Assembly: GCA_013122435.1 (NCBI GenBank)
Contig: WYDT01000025.1
Location: forward strand, 6,535-70,534
Direction of reading: 5' to 3'
Length of the DNA: 64,000 bases
DNA from: Chloroflexi bacterium AL-N1
Lineage (GTDB): Bacteria > Chloroflexota > Chloroflexia > Chloroflexales > Roseiflexaceae
Below the pieces are notes generated by a model that saw nothing but the letters and a program-made list of their open reading frames with translations, did no database searches and was not told the DNA's origin. Below are positions 9,101 to 18,052 of this stretch, in pieces (position 1 is the stretch's first letter; every line of letters starts with the position of its first letter). The translations under genes were made by a program, and so were the position numbers.

Positions 9101-11767
9101 CATTTTGGCCTGGCGTTGCGATCGCTTGGCACCAATGGGATGATACTCGATCAGGAAGTAGCGGTAGCGTTCGAAAATCTTCTGCTCCGCAGCCAGAGTC
9201 TGGAGTCGTTTCCAGTCATCGATCTTACGCTTGATCTCCTCCAGGATCTCTGGATTCCGCAGCGATGTCGTGTCTCCCAGATCTTCATCAAGCATCATGT
9301 TGCGGAGAAAGCGCCGCATGTACTTGCCGCTGCGTGTTTCGGGAAATGCGCTTATCTCGATATAATCTTCGGGCACGGCAACCACACCCTTTTCCGCACG
9401 TACCAGTTCACTGAGTCGACGACGATCCTCAATCGACAACTTGCGGCTGGCGGGCGTCAGGATAAATGCGACTGGTGTCAGACCTTTCTCACGGTGTGGA
9501 GCACCCACCACAATACAGTTACCCACCGGCGAGTCGGCGTTTTGTTGCTTGTCGCGGAGGATCGCCCCCTCGATTTCTTCGGTTCCCATACGATGGCCAC
9601 TGACGTTGATCACATCGTCGCTGCGTCCGTGGAGCGAGAAACTGCCATCTTCGTATTTCATAGCAAAGTCGCCCTGAATGTAGGCCCACTTGCCATCCGG
9701 CCCCTTGCGCCAATAGGTCTGTTCAAAACGCTCCGAGTCGCCATGCCACGCTGGGATCACCCCATCCCCAGTCATCCTGAAATTCTCTGTATCGCCCCAG
9801 ATCGTACGTGCAAGATAGGGATAGGGCGTGGTGATCACGATCTCACCTTTTTCCTCATAATCAGCAACACGATACTGATGGCTGGTCTGATCTGTGTCTG
9901 TTGCGCCGTCGTTCGTCCATACATCACCGACAACCCAGGGCAGCGGATAGGTGCGGGCATCGGCGCGTAAAGGGAAGTCGGCATTACCAAAGAAATGCGT
10001 CCAGACAATACCACCGTGCTCAGTGGCCCAGTAAGAATTGATATATTGTGGCGACATGACGTCCATACCGAATTGCTGGACCGCCGGACTGACGGGTTCC
10101 GCGCAGAAGGTACATACACGCAGCGTACTCATATCGTACTGACGCACATCAGCAACATTCTGCGAGTCGGTCATCACGCTTTTGAGAAAGGTGACACCGG
10201 CTTTAAAGATGTTGACACCGTAGCGTTCGATAATGCTGGAAAATCGACCAGAACTGGGGAAAACTGGTGCGCCCTCTGCAATAATACCAGTGCAACGGCT
10301 ACTGAGTGTGGCCGTAATCATATAACTCTGACCAGTAATCCAGCCCGGATCGGCAATCACATAGACGACATCGCCTGGTTCCGCATCAAAACTAACACCC
10401 ATTGTGTGGGTCAGGCCCGCCGTGTAGCCACCGTGTACATGGACAACCCCCTTCGGCTTGCCGGTACTACCACTGGTGTAGATGATAAACAGCGGGAAAT
10501 CGGCATCAAGTGGTTCTACCGGACTGGTGGCATACAGGGCTTTGATAAATTCAGCAGTTGGAAGATTGAGCAATTCCTGCTCATTCTGAACCTGAACCCC
10601 CGCGAGACGCGCTTGCTCCAGAATACCCTGCATCGCCGTCTCAAGCAGATCGTGGCTCCAGACATCGCGCTCAGGCCGCCACAAAATATCGTGGCCAGTG
10701 TGGCGCACCACAATGACCTTGTCGACTCGCGGCGGTGCACCAACCAACGCCTGTGCAATGGCTGTACGAATACGTGATTGTGTGGCCGCATCGAGCGTAC
10801 TCAAATGATCGAGGGCCCGCCCGACGCCGCGCATCACATCGCTGCGTTCAATCGTTACTTCGCCCTTGATGGTGCGATCAACCTCTGCCAGGATATGTTC
10901 AGCGGCCTGCTTGTCGACAAGCATTGTGGCATCACTATGCAGCGTTGTACGAACCATCTCCAGCGCAACCTCAACGGGAATAAACTTGTCGAGCGCCTGG
11001 TCGGTGTACACCTCTTTGTACGTCACGATCTGGGCATTACGATAACCACCATCACTGGTGATGATGACACGTGCACCTGCGTTGTGGATGCGGTCGCTCA
11101 ACGTTTTATCGCTAAACCCACCAAAGACCGGCGTGTAGATAATACCCAGGCGTTTGGCTGCCTCTGTGTAATAAATCTGCTCAACGATGTTCGGCATGTT
11201 CAGCGCGATACGATCACCCCGCTGTAGCCCAAGGTTACGTAATACCTGAGCCGCCTTCACGACTTCGAGCAAAAGGCGCTTGCGGGTAACCGGGTAACTC
11301 ACCAGCGGACCACCACGCCCCTCATTAAGCGAGGAGTCCCAGCGGTCACCCTCAAAGTAGAAGGCCGCTTCGTCACCATGGCCCATCAGCACATGGCGAT
11401 CTACCTCGTTGAAACAGGCGTTGGTCAATCCACCCTCAAACCAGCGATAGAATGGCGCAGCATCGTCATTGAGCGACCTTTTCCATGGAAGATGGTTTGC
11501 ATTGTATGGAACATCAACTTCGGCCCCAGTTTTGGCATGCAGTCCGGTCCAGCGTTGTTGTTTTTCATCCCAGGTAATCCAGGCATCAAGTGTGCGGTCG
11601 TACCAGTGGATGGCCGAGCGAGCAATGGCACCCTGAAATACACCGGGGTTGTCCACAAATGCCTGGCGTTGTGCTTCCCAATCAGCGCGTGTACGAATTG
11701 TATTGATACGGGGTGAACGTAAGCGTTCAGCCCGTTCTTGTTCAAAAGAAGAAGTGGTTTTACTCAT
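6176..11767 (-). CDS. pcs: Propionyl-CoA synthase, trifunctional (acyl-CoA synthetase - enoyl-CoA hydratase - enoyl-CoA reductase), 3-hydroxypropionate bicycle
   Basis: 1863-aa ORF. AMP-binding motif IIYTSGSTGKPKGVVHVHGGY. Central crotonase segment VVTITNPPVNALN...FVAGADI...GVALGGGLEFA. C-terminal MDR-type reductase. Near-collinear with Chloroflexus aurantiacus Pcs from memory (WATEHGGIVWTHF, GRSDDVINVSGHRMGTEEIEGAIL). Confidence 0.9.
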   Translation of the reverse strand: MSKTTSSFEQERAERLRSPRINTIRTRADWEAQRQAFVDNPGVFQGAIARSAIHWYDRTLDAWITWDEKQQRWTGLHAKTGAEVDVPYNANHLPWKRSLNDDAAPFYRWFEGGLTNACFNEVDRHVLMGHGDEAAFYFEGDRWDSSLNEGRGGPLVSYPVTRKRLLLEVVKAAQVLRNLGLQRGDRIALNMPNIVEQIYYTEAAKRLGIIYTPVFGGFSDKTLSDRIHNAGARVIITSDGGYRNAQIVTYKEVYTDQALDKFIPVEVALEMVRTTLHSDATMLVDKQAAEHILAEVDRTIKGEVTIERSDVMRGVGRALDHLSTLDAATQSRIRTAIAQALVGAPPRVDKVIVVRHTGHDILWRPERDVWSHDLLETAMQGILEQARLAGVQVQNEQELLNLPTAEFIKALYATSPVEPLDADFPLFIIYTSGSTGKPKGVVHVHGGYTAGLTHTMGVSFDAEPGDVVYVIADPGWITGQSYMITATLSSRCTGIIAEGAPVFPSSGRFSSIIERYGVNIFKAGVTFLKSVMTDSQNVADVRQYDMSTLRVCTFCAEPVSPAVQQFGMDVMSPQYINSYWATEHGGIVWTHFFGNADFPLRADARTYPLPWVVGDVWTNDGATDTDQTSHQYRVADYEEKGEIVITTPYPYLARTIWGDTENFRMTGDGVIPAWHGDSERFEQTYWRKGPDGKWAYIQGDFAMKYEDGSFSLHGRSDDVINVSGHRMGTEEIEGAILRDKQQNADSPVGNCIVVGAPHREKGLTPVAFILTPASRKLSIEDRRRLSELVRAEKGVVAVPEDYIEISAFPETRSGKYMRRFLRNMMLDEDLGDTTSLRNPEILEEIKRKIDDWKRLQTLAAEQKIFERYRYFLIEYHPIGAKRSQRQAKMAVVTITNPPVNALNERSLDELNTIVDHLARRDEVKAIVFTGQGTKSFVAGADIRQLLEETHSVEDAIALPNNAHPAFRKIEQMNKPCIAAINGVALGGGLEFALACHYRVADMHAEFGQPEINLRLLPGYGGTQRLPRLLHANSSTDGLLTALELILGGRNISAQEAHDIGLVDIVAQANQDSLSVATAYVREYGKQLGDTAQATNGSAHGPTQKASVLANAFERRKTRTASWEAPAQQFVTEEFEPLLRHPRIERIVQQSHRAGRTKAVDRALEAMRFGLTNGLVQGLGREAYLFAEAVVDPEGGKRGIQDFLDKRSAPLPTRRALLGTQDERQFIEDGELLPIGTPFFPGITPMPNWQYAQAIVRDEQTGAYMHGDPEETEHQIVIPVESPSPNEALIYVLASEVNFNDIWAITGIPVSQFDEHDRDWHVSGSGGIGLIAALGEEARRQGRLKVGNLVTIYSGQSDLLSPMQGLDPMFADFGIQGYNTPDGSHQQFMLAQAPQCMPLPPDLSLESAGSYILNLGTIYRALFTILQIQPGRTIFIEGAATGTGLDAVHSSTRNGLRAMGMVSSPARAETIRQAGAQGSLNRKDPRYKDCFTRVPANPAQWRAWEQAGRALLDDFRAQNDGHLADYAVSHAGEQAFPRSFQILGEPHDGHIPTLTFYGASSGYHFTFLGKPGAVDPIEMLQRANLRAGEAVLIYYGVDAKDVKPGQTSATQADHLVDQVGLEAIEAARVKGARIVVATYTDAQREFVLSLGFGASLKGVVSVETLKRRYGDEFDWPETMPELPEARVDLQGFKDAIRDFNDLTFKPLGGAVGSLLRSAENPRGYPDLIIERAGHDTLAVSSMLVKPYTGRIIYYENMDNQRYSFFAPQIWMRQRRIYMPTANIWGTHLCNAHEILRLNDEISAGLLSITEPELVEWDELARAHQEMWDNRHAGATYIVNHALPRAGLKTKDDLYAAWEEMTNAT

Positions 11768-11919
11768 AGTTATGTGACCTACTTTTTTCTTATCTCTTGG
11801 CTATCACATCTGTAAATCTAATCATATTTTAGGATCGTGTTTTCACAACATACAGAGGCATAACAGTAGCTTGTATACTGCTACAGCCCCTGTAAATTGT
11901 AGCTAAGCAGCCTGTAACA

Positions 11920-14900
11920 TTACACCGTAATCGCATTCCCACGATAAATACGTGCACGATAACGACTATCACTTGGCTTTGGTAACGGTGCGCTTGTAAG
12001 CAGCACAGCGTGTACAAAACGGATCAACTCCTCTTCTTCCTCAACCGCATTCCGTGGCTCCTCGCTGCGGGCACGTCGCGTGAGATCAACCTGATTGACG
12101 GGGACGTGTGGCATGGTTCGTTCACTTTCCGCTCCAACTGTTGCAGTCAATGCGTGCAATGTGGTCTTGACAAAGTTGGCCAGCGCAAACTCTTCCTCGG
12201 TGGAGCGTGCCGTCGTTTCCGGTGTGATTAAGACCAGTTGAGCGCCATCCATCAGTGAGATTTTCTGGGTGACCCGAAAATGGTGGGTGATTTGATCTTC
12301 CACCAGATCACTGAATTCCTGCTCGCTCAATACATCGGACCAATCGCCATCTTTCGCTACCAGCGCACGCTGTGGTATAGAGCGAAAGGGCATGCTTATC
12401 ACCGGGCCAGGGCTCCCGAAAGTCGCACGGGCAGCATCAATGCCCTGCTCAATATTGCCATTGGTCGCAATAGCGCACAACCGCCCACTATCGCGATGCG
12501 CTGGCATTGTCGCCATGATGGCATCAGCAGCTTCAGCGGTCTCGGTGAGCAACACAACCCGTTTGGCATTCAAATCATCCAGATAGACCTGCGTGAGCCG
12601 TATTAAATGCTTTTGCATATGCTCACCAATAAGATACACAACATTATCACGGAAACGAGCAATACGTTCTGGACGACCTTTGCCGAATAACTCACCCTCA
12701 GTCACCGTACGCTCAAATCGTAGTCCACCAGACGGATGGAATGTTTCACCACTGACATTATGATCGGCCAGATAGTAAATCGTTGCCTTGGCCACTTCCA
12801 GTTCAGTGGGCATACGCTGCAGATAGAGCATGCCAATAATCCCTTTGTGCACCTTCTGCGCCTCTCGCTCAATTTGCTCAAAGGTAAAGAATGGCTCCGT
12901 CGGGATGTTGGTAAGTTGTGGGATAGGAATAGATGTCGTCGTAAATGACTGTTCAGAGATCGTTTCAGTACGTCGACCGGAGGTTGTGTCAGGTGGAGAG
13001 GATGGGGTTGCTACCGCCACGGCTTCTTTCGGCAAGATCTCCATTGTGACACCCTCTTTGGCATTGTTTTCCTGACTGTAGTGGAGATAGCCACTGGTTT
13101 CCAGTCGGCGTATCAACTTTTGGGCAATCTTTTCGTTCATGAGGTACATACGCGATGATCCAGATGGATCACTACGTTCCCAGATGGTTGCGGCCATACG
13201 CTGTAACGAATCAGGGATATCGCCAACGCTACGCATCAACATCATCACATCATTGGCAAATATGAGCGGGAGCATATCAGCAATAGAACGACCAGTTGAG
13301 CTATGTGCCTCAACTATCGCAGCATAGAGCTCGTTCAAACGCTTGTTTTGCAGAATCAGCCGTCCTCGACGGGCGAACAAGCCCGGTCGCTCACCGGTGC
13401 CGCGCAAACGGTCTCCTTCAACTGGACCAGGGGCAAGGGCATTGATCTGGACTTGCGGTCCCAGGAAGCGCGCGAGTGTTTCAACCATGGCACGCTGCCC
13501 AGCTTTACTCACGGCATAATCAGACCGGTTTGGATAAGGGATGGCGACATATTTTTCCCCACCAAAATAGGACGAAACGTTCAAAATATAGCCACGTTCC
13601 TGAGCTTTCATCAATGGCGCCAGTTTGCGAATTAGGGTGTAATTGCTAATGAGATTGGCCTGCAGTGTGTGCCGCCAACTTTCCAACGGCATGTCGATCA
13701 CCATCTCTTCCGCACCAGAAATTCCAGCATTATTAAAGAGGTAATCCACATGACCAAATGTTTCGATAGTGTACTCCGCTAAGCGCTCAAGGTCCTTTGA
13801 GTCAGCCACGTCACAGTTCGCAATCACCCGCACACGTTTTTCAGCATTGGGATAACCTGCATCGTGTACTTCACGCACAATCGCCTCACGAGCTTCATTC
13901 AATTGGTCGGCACCACGCGCCGCAAGCATGACATAGGCACCACTGAGAGCCAACAGTCGCCCAATCTCACCACCAATACCAGAACTGCCCCCTGTAACCA
14001 GAGCAACCTTATCACGATGCAGATTGTAGAGATTCTCCGCCCAATCAGGAAGCGATCGGTGTGCACCTCTCATCGGTGCAATCTGTTTTGGCAAGACCAG
14101 GTTGATTTCTTCAATATCACGTTGGTTTGCCAACAGATCAGCAATCCACATGTGAGCATAGTCGCGACTCTTATCGCCATCGTTAGTGTAACGAATAAGC
14201 TGATGAGCACGAATCGCGGTCGATGTTTGCGTTCCATTAGACGCATGGCGAGCCGCGTCAAGCGTAGACTCATGGCGCCATACACGTACTAATTGCTCCA
14301 GAGCTGCACTCAGCACTTTGGCGTAGACATTATTGTGTCCATCATCACCATTGCTCGCAAAGATGATGTGTGGTGTCTGCACTGGTGGTCTGTTCTGCCA
14401 GTGTCGCATCAACTGACTCGCCAGACTCATTACACCAGTAATTTCATCTTCGAGAAATTGACTGATGCTAGTGTCATCAGCCTCGGTAAGGTGTGCTGAG
14501 TTTTTCGATGATACCGTGTGATAGTGCGAAATGTTATGTGCGGGTAACACCACCACATGATTTGGATCACCACAGGTGGCACGCACGCGATCAAGCGCAA
14601 TGCCCACACTCGATGGATCGTGTGGTGAGAGGCAGCACAATAGCAATTCCTGTGAGTCCATTGACTCCTCGACTGCATCCAGCGTGGTACCATCACGGAA
14701 GGCCAATGCTACTTTGGCACCATAGGTCTTGAGTGTTTGTGCAAGGTGCAACGAATCATCGATTTGATCACCAGCACAGATAAGCACAACCTCATCGACA
14801 AATTGAATGTTGCGTCGTTCTGGCCATGCCACCAGCGTGGTGCGACTCTCGACAGGCACATCCATTCCGTTCGTCACCTCGAATATATGGCCACTGTATG

Positions 14901-15720
14901 CGGCAGCCTCATCACTCCCAAGGAAAACAACGCTATCTGCTACATCAACCGGCTTGGGAAAGCCTTTCTCCAACTCACCTGTACTACCTGTCCGGCTGAG
15001 ACGCATAATGTCGAAAAAACCATTGGCTGTCGTCCCATCAGGAATGCCTTTAAGTTCATCCATCGACTTGAAGACGGTACGGATACGCTCGCTGTCAATC
15101 GGACCTGGGTAGATAGTATTCACACGGATGCCCTGAGCACCAAGTTCACGTGCACACTGCTCACTCAATGCGTTAAGTGCCGCTTTGGGGACAACGTAGG
15201 GGATACGTCCATAGTAATCCGTCCTTGAAAAAATCGTTGAGACATTCACAATGCTGCTGCCAGGTTGCATATGAGGGGCAACTGCACGCGTCATATTCCA
15301 GGTGATACTGAGCAGATTACCCACTGCCTGGCTGAGTGTTTCTGTGTCGGGGCTTCGGAGATCGTTCGGTTGTATCGGAACATCAATAAGACGACGACGA
15401 GGTCCAGCAGTTCCAGCATTGTTCACCAGAATATCAATACGGCCCGCCTTCGCGATGATGGTATCAATGCCCATACGTACCTGCTGCATATTACTTCCAT
15501 CAAACGCAACAGTAATGATCCGTTCGGGTGAAATCTGTTCACCCTCGATCAGCCGGTGGCGATACTGCTCCAACTTAGCTTCCGTACGTCCTGTAATAAC
15601 GACTGTGGCACCTTCAGCAAGGTAGCACCGCGTAATGATTTCACCGATATTACCAGCACCGCCGGTAATGATAGCAACTTTGCCGTTTAGTCGCCCTTGA
15701 CGACCTTCTTGTTGTGACAT
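11920..15720 (-). CDS. mcr: Malonyl-CoA reductase, bifunctional (NADPH-dependent malonyl-CoA to 3-hydroxypropionate), 3-hydroxypropionate bicycle
   Basis: 1266-aa ORF. N-terminus GKVAIITGGAGNIGEIITRCYLAEGATVVITGRT (SDR Rossmann). Second SDR at KVALVTGGSSGIGGEIGRLLALSGAYVMLAARG. C-terminal end ...RYRARIYRGNAITV matches the C. aurantiacus Mcr terminus. Strong SD GGTGAGGAGG upstream. Confidence 0.9.
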   Translation of the reverse strand: MSQQEGRQGRLNGKVAIITGGAGNIGEIITRCYLAEGATVVITGRTEAKLEQYRHRLIEGEQISPERIITVAFDGSNMQQVRMGIDTIIAKAGRIDILVNNAGTAGPRRRLIDVPIQPNDLRSPDTETLSQAVGNLLSITWNMTRAVAPHMQPGSSIVNVSTIFSRTDYYGRIPYVVPKAALNALSEQCARELGAQGIRVNTIYPGPIDSERIRTVFKSMDELKGIPDGTTANGFFDIMRLSRTGSTGELEKGFPKPVDVADSVVFLGSDEAAAYSGHIFEVTNGMDVPVESRTTLVAWPERRNIQFVDEVVLICAGDQIDDSLHLAQTLKTYGAKVALAFRDGTTLDAVEESMDSQELLLCCLSPHDPSSVGIALDRVRATCGDPNHVVVLPAHNISHYHTVSSKNSAHLTEADDTSISQFLEDEITGVMSLASQLMRHWQNRPPVQTPHIIFASNGDDGHNNVYAKVLSAALEQLVRVWRHESTLDAARHASNGTQTSTAIRAHQLIRYTNDGDKSRDYAHMWIADLLANQRDIEEINLVLPKQIAPMRGAHRSLPDWAENLYNLHRDKVALVTGGSSGIGGEIGRLLALSGAYVMLAARGADQLNEAREAIVREVHDAGYPNAEKRVRVIANCDVADSKDLERLAEYTIETFGHVDYLFNNAGISGAEEMVIDMPLESWRHTLQANLISNYTLIRKLAPLMKAQERGYILNVSSYFGGEKYVAIPYPNRSDYAVSKAGQRAMVETLARFLGPQVQINALAPGPVEGDRLRGTGERPGLFARRGRLILQNKRLNELYAAIVEAHSSTGRSIADMLPLIFANDVMMLMRSVGDIPDSLQRMAATIWERSDPSGSSRMYLMNEKIAQKLIRRLETSGYLHYSQENNAKEGVTMEILPKEAVAVATPSSPPDTTSGRRTETISEQSFTTTSIPIPQLTNIPTEPFFTFEQIEREAQKVHKGIIGMLYLQRMPTELEVAKATIYYLADHNVSGETFHPSGGLRFERTVTEGELFGKGRPERIARFRDNVVYLIGEHMQKHLIRLTQVYLDDLNAKRVVLLTETAEAADAIMATMPAHRDSGRLCAIATNGNIEQGIDAARATFGSPGPVISMPFRSIPQRALVAKDGDWSDVLSEQEFSDLVEDQITHHFRVTQKISLMDGAQLVLITPETTARSTEEEFALANFVKTTLHALTATVGAESERTMPHVPVNQVDLTRRARSEEPRNAVEEEEELIRFVHAVLLTSAPLPKPSDSRYRARIYRGNAITV

Positions 15721-15824
15721 TATAGGACCTCCTCACCATAATTTATGAGGTATACAAAAATGTAAGGAATCTCATTTTTACGAAGTGAAATGACTGCTAA
15801 AACGAAAGTGTGTTGCTTGGTAAA

Positions 15825-16694
15825 CTAACTTGCAAACCCGGATACGCTCGCCAATGAATAATGTGCAGTATCTTGATAATGCCCAATTGCACGATACTTT
15901 GCGTATCGTAACGATAAAAGTGCTGACATACTGAGCTCTTGAAGTTCTTGAAGGTTGTCGACAATCGCTCGCCGCAACGAAGTCATCGTGGACACATAAT
16001 CAGTGTGTGCACCCCCCGGCGGTTCGGGGATCACCTGATCAACAATGTGAAGTTCATGCAACTCTGGTGCTGTAATCCGCATCACCTGAGCAGCTTCCGG
16101 CGCTTTAGTGGCATCACGCCAGAGAATAGAGGCCGCTGCTTCCGGTGATGCCACCGAATAGATTGCGTTTTCGAGCATGAATAATGTATCAGCGACACCA
16201 ATAGCCAGTGCCCCACCACTACCGCCTTCACCAATCACACAGGCAATAATCGCTGTTTGTAGTTTGGCCATGGTCCAGATACTCTCAGCAATGGCATTGG
16301 CCTGTCCGCGTTGCTCTGAGTCTTGGTTAGGATTGGCACCCGGCGTATCAATCAGACATAAGACCGGGAAACCAAATTTTTCAGCGTGCTGAAAGAGCCG
16401 CAAGGCTTTACGATATCCTTCAGGATGCGCCATGCCAAAATTATGCTGAACATTTTCGCAGGTGTGACGACCTTTCTGATGACCAATGATCAAGATAGTC
16501 TGGGTATCAAAGGTAGCAATACCACCAATAATGGCTTGATCGTCACCAAAACGACGGTCACCATGAAGTTCGACAAAATCCTCACATAATCCGTGGATGT
16601 AATCCAACGCCCGTGGCCGTTGAGGATGGCGTGCCAACTGAACGCGGTCCCACGGACTGAGGGTCTGGTATTCCATATTTGTTACTGCATTCAT
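15825..16694 (-). CDS. accA: Acetyl-CoA carboxylase carboxyltransferase alpha subunit
   Basis: Collinear with E. coli AccA: LARHPQRP..DYI, IIGHQKGR, NFGMAHPEGYRKALRL, VIGEGGSGGALAIGV, SVASPEAAASILW. Start chosen at ATG (MNAVTN...), 31 nt after the accD stop. The track's upstream TTG at 16793 would overlap accD. Confidence 0.85.
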   Translation of the reverse strand: MNAVTNMEYQTLSPWDRVQLARHPQRPRALDYIHGLCEDFVELHGDRRFGDDQAIIGGIATFDTQTILIIGHQKGRHTCENVQHNFGMAHPEGYRKALRLFQHAEKFGFPVLCLIDTPGANPNQDSEQRGQANAIAESIWTMAKLQTAIIACVIGEGGSGGALAIGVADTLFMLENAIYSVASPEAAASILWRDATKAPEAAQVMRITAPELHELHIVDQVIPEPPGGAHTDYVSTMTSLRRAIVDNLQELQELSMSALLSLRYAKYRAIGHYQDTAHYSLASVSGFAS

Positions 16695-16725
16695 ACAATC
16701 AAATTTCTTTTTATTTCCACAATGA

Positions 16726-17673
16726 TTAGGCCACTGAACGCACTGCCGGCAAACGCCCTTCTCGATTTCTGAGGTTTGTAGTTTCCAGAACACGGTCGGT
16801 ATGGCTGTACATGCGCGCTAACCTGGCTAGCGTCACACGGATGTCGTTGCGTGACACAATCATATCGACCATGCCATTTTGCAACATGAACTCAGCCGTT
16901 TGGAAGTCGGCAGGCAGTTTTTGACGAATGGTTTGTTCAATCACTCGTTTACCAGCAAACCCGATGTTAGCACCTGGTTCAGCAATGATAATATCGGCAA
17001 CAGATACATAGGATGCCCTCACCCCATCATAACAAGGATCGACCAGAAGCGAGATATGTGGTTGGTGGGCATCGGCAAGTCGCGTGAGCGCCATGGTCAT
17101 TTTGGTCATCTGCATCAGCGAAATGAGCCCCTCTTGCATACGGGTACCACCACTGGAATTAATCGTCAACAAGGGTATTTCACGGTGTGCAGCCCGTTCG
17201 GCTGCTCGCGCTGTCTTTTCACTATAGACACTTCCCATGGAAGCGCCCATGAAACGAAAATCACAGATAGCGACCACCATGGTAAACCCATTAATGGTCC
17301 CCTGTCCACTGAGCACTACATCAGAAAGAGACGTTCGATCCTGAGCTTCACGCAACTTATCGGCATATGACGCATCAAGTGAGACAAATCCTAACGGATC
17401 AGTCGGTCGCAGACCTGTGTCATATTCCTGAAACGAACCCTCATCGAACAGACGCAACCATTCATGTCCCTTCAAGCGCATGTGATAGTTGCAATGGGGA
17501 CATACACCGAAATGGTCATCAAGTTGCTTGCGATAGATGAGTTCACGACACGAGGAGCACTTGACCCACAGGTTATCGGGCAGGTCAGACAGCGGTGATT
17601 GTTGGACCACCGTAAAGCTCTTGCGTGTACGCTGAATAAGCTCTTTCAAAGTAGCCTCCTCAAAGTCTATCAA
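16726..17673 (-). CDS. accD: Acetyl-CoA carboxylase carboxyltransferase beta subunit
   Basis: N-terminal Zn ribbon CSSCRELIYRKQLDDHFGVCPHCNYHMRL. Carboxyltransferase fold with SMGSV, GGTRMQEG. TTG start. Confidence 0.85.
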   Translation of the reverse strand: MIDFEEATLKELIQRTRKSFTVVQQSPLSDLPDNLWVKCSSCRELIYRKQLDDHFGVCPHCNYHMRLKGHEWLRLFDEGSFQEYDTGLRPTDPLGFVSLDASYADKLREAQDRTSLSDVVLSGQGTINGFTMVVAICDFRFMGASMGSVYSEKTARAAERAAHREIPLLTINSSGGTRMQEGLISLMQMTKMTMALTRLADAHQPHISLLVDPCYDGVRASYVSVADIIIAEPGANIGFAGKRVIEQTIRQKLPADFQTAEFMLQNGMVDMIVSRNDIRVTLARLARMYSHTDRVLETTNLRNREGRLPAVRSVA

Positions 17674-18052
17674 GTGCCTGACTAATCTGAGGCATCCGAG
17701 CCTCGGGTCACAAAACTAGAAAAACGTTGGAAAAACGCTTGGTGATCTGGTAACGATTATAAAATTCCGATTTCAACTTTCTTCACAAAGTGTACCAATA
17801 TCCGTTTGTGAAAGAGACCACCAGAAGGATAGGTTTTAGAACAACATCGGAGGGGAAGTTCCCCGTCTTTTGGGGGGGATGCACATGGAAACAAAAAGAG
17901 GTTACGAAAAAAAGCCCTTTGTTATGCGGTATCTATGGACAAGGTGTGGTTAGTGCTAATTGTGCAACAACCCATCATCGGTTCACTATACCTATCGAAA
18001 CGGAGGTTTGAGACGCATACACGCAGCAGCCTTGTGATCCTCTTAGACAACT

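Noticed and set aside
9116-10777. Long plus-strand ORFs (284 aa at 9116-9970, 260 aa at 9995-10777, 149 aa at 10778-11227) inside the pcs region
   Set aside because: They are antisense to a strongly conserved coding sequence, have no SD or family similarity, and show the biased composition typical of shadow ORFs opposite real genes.
17790-18011. 73-aa plus-strand ORF in the accD upstream spacer
   Set aside because: No SD, odd composition, and it sits across the likely promoter and leader of the acc-mcr-pcs operon. Treated as non-coding.
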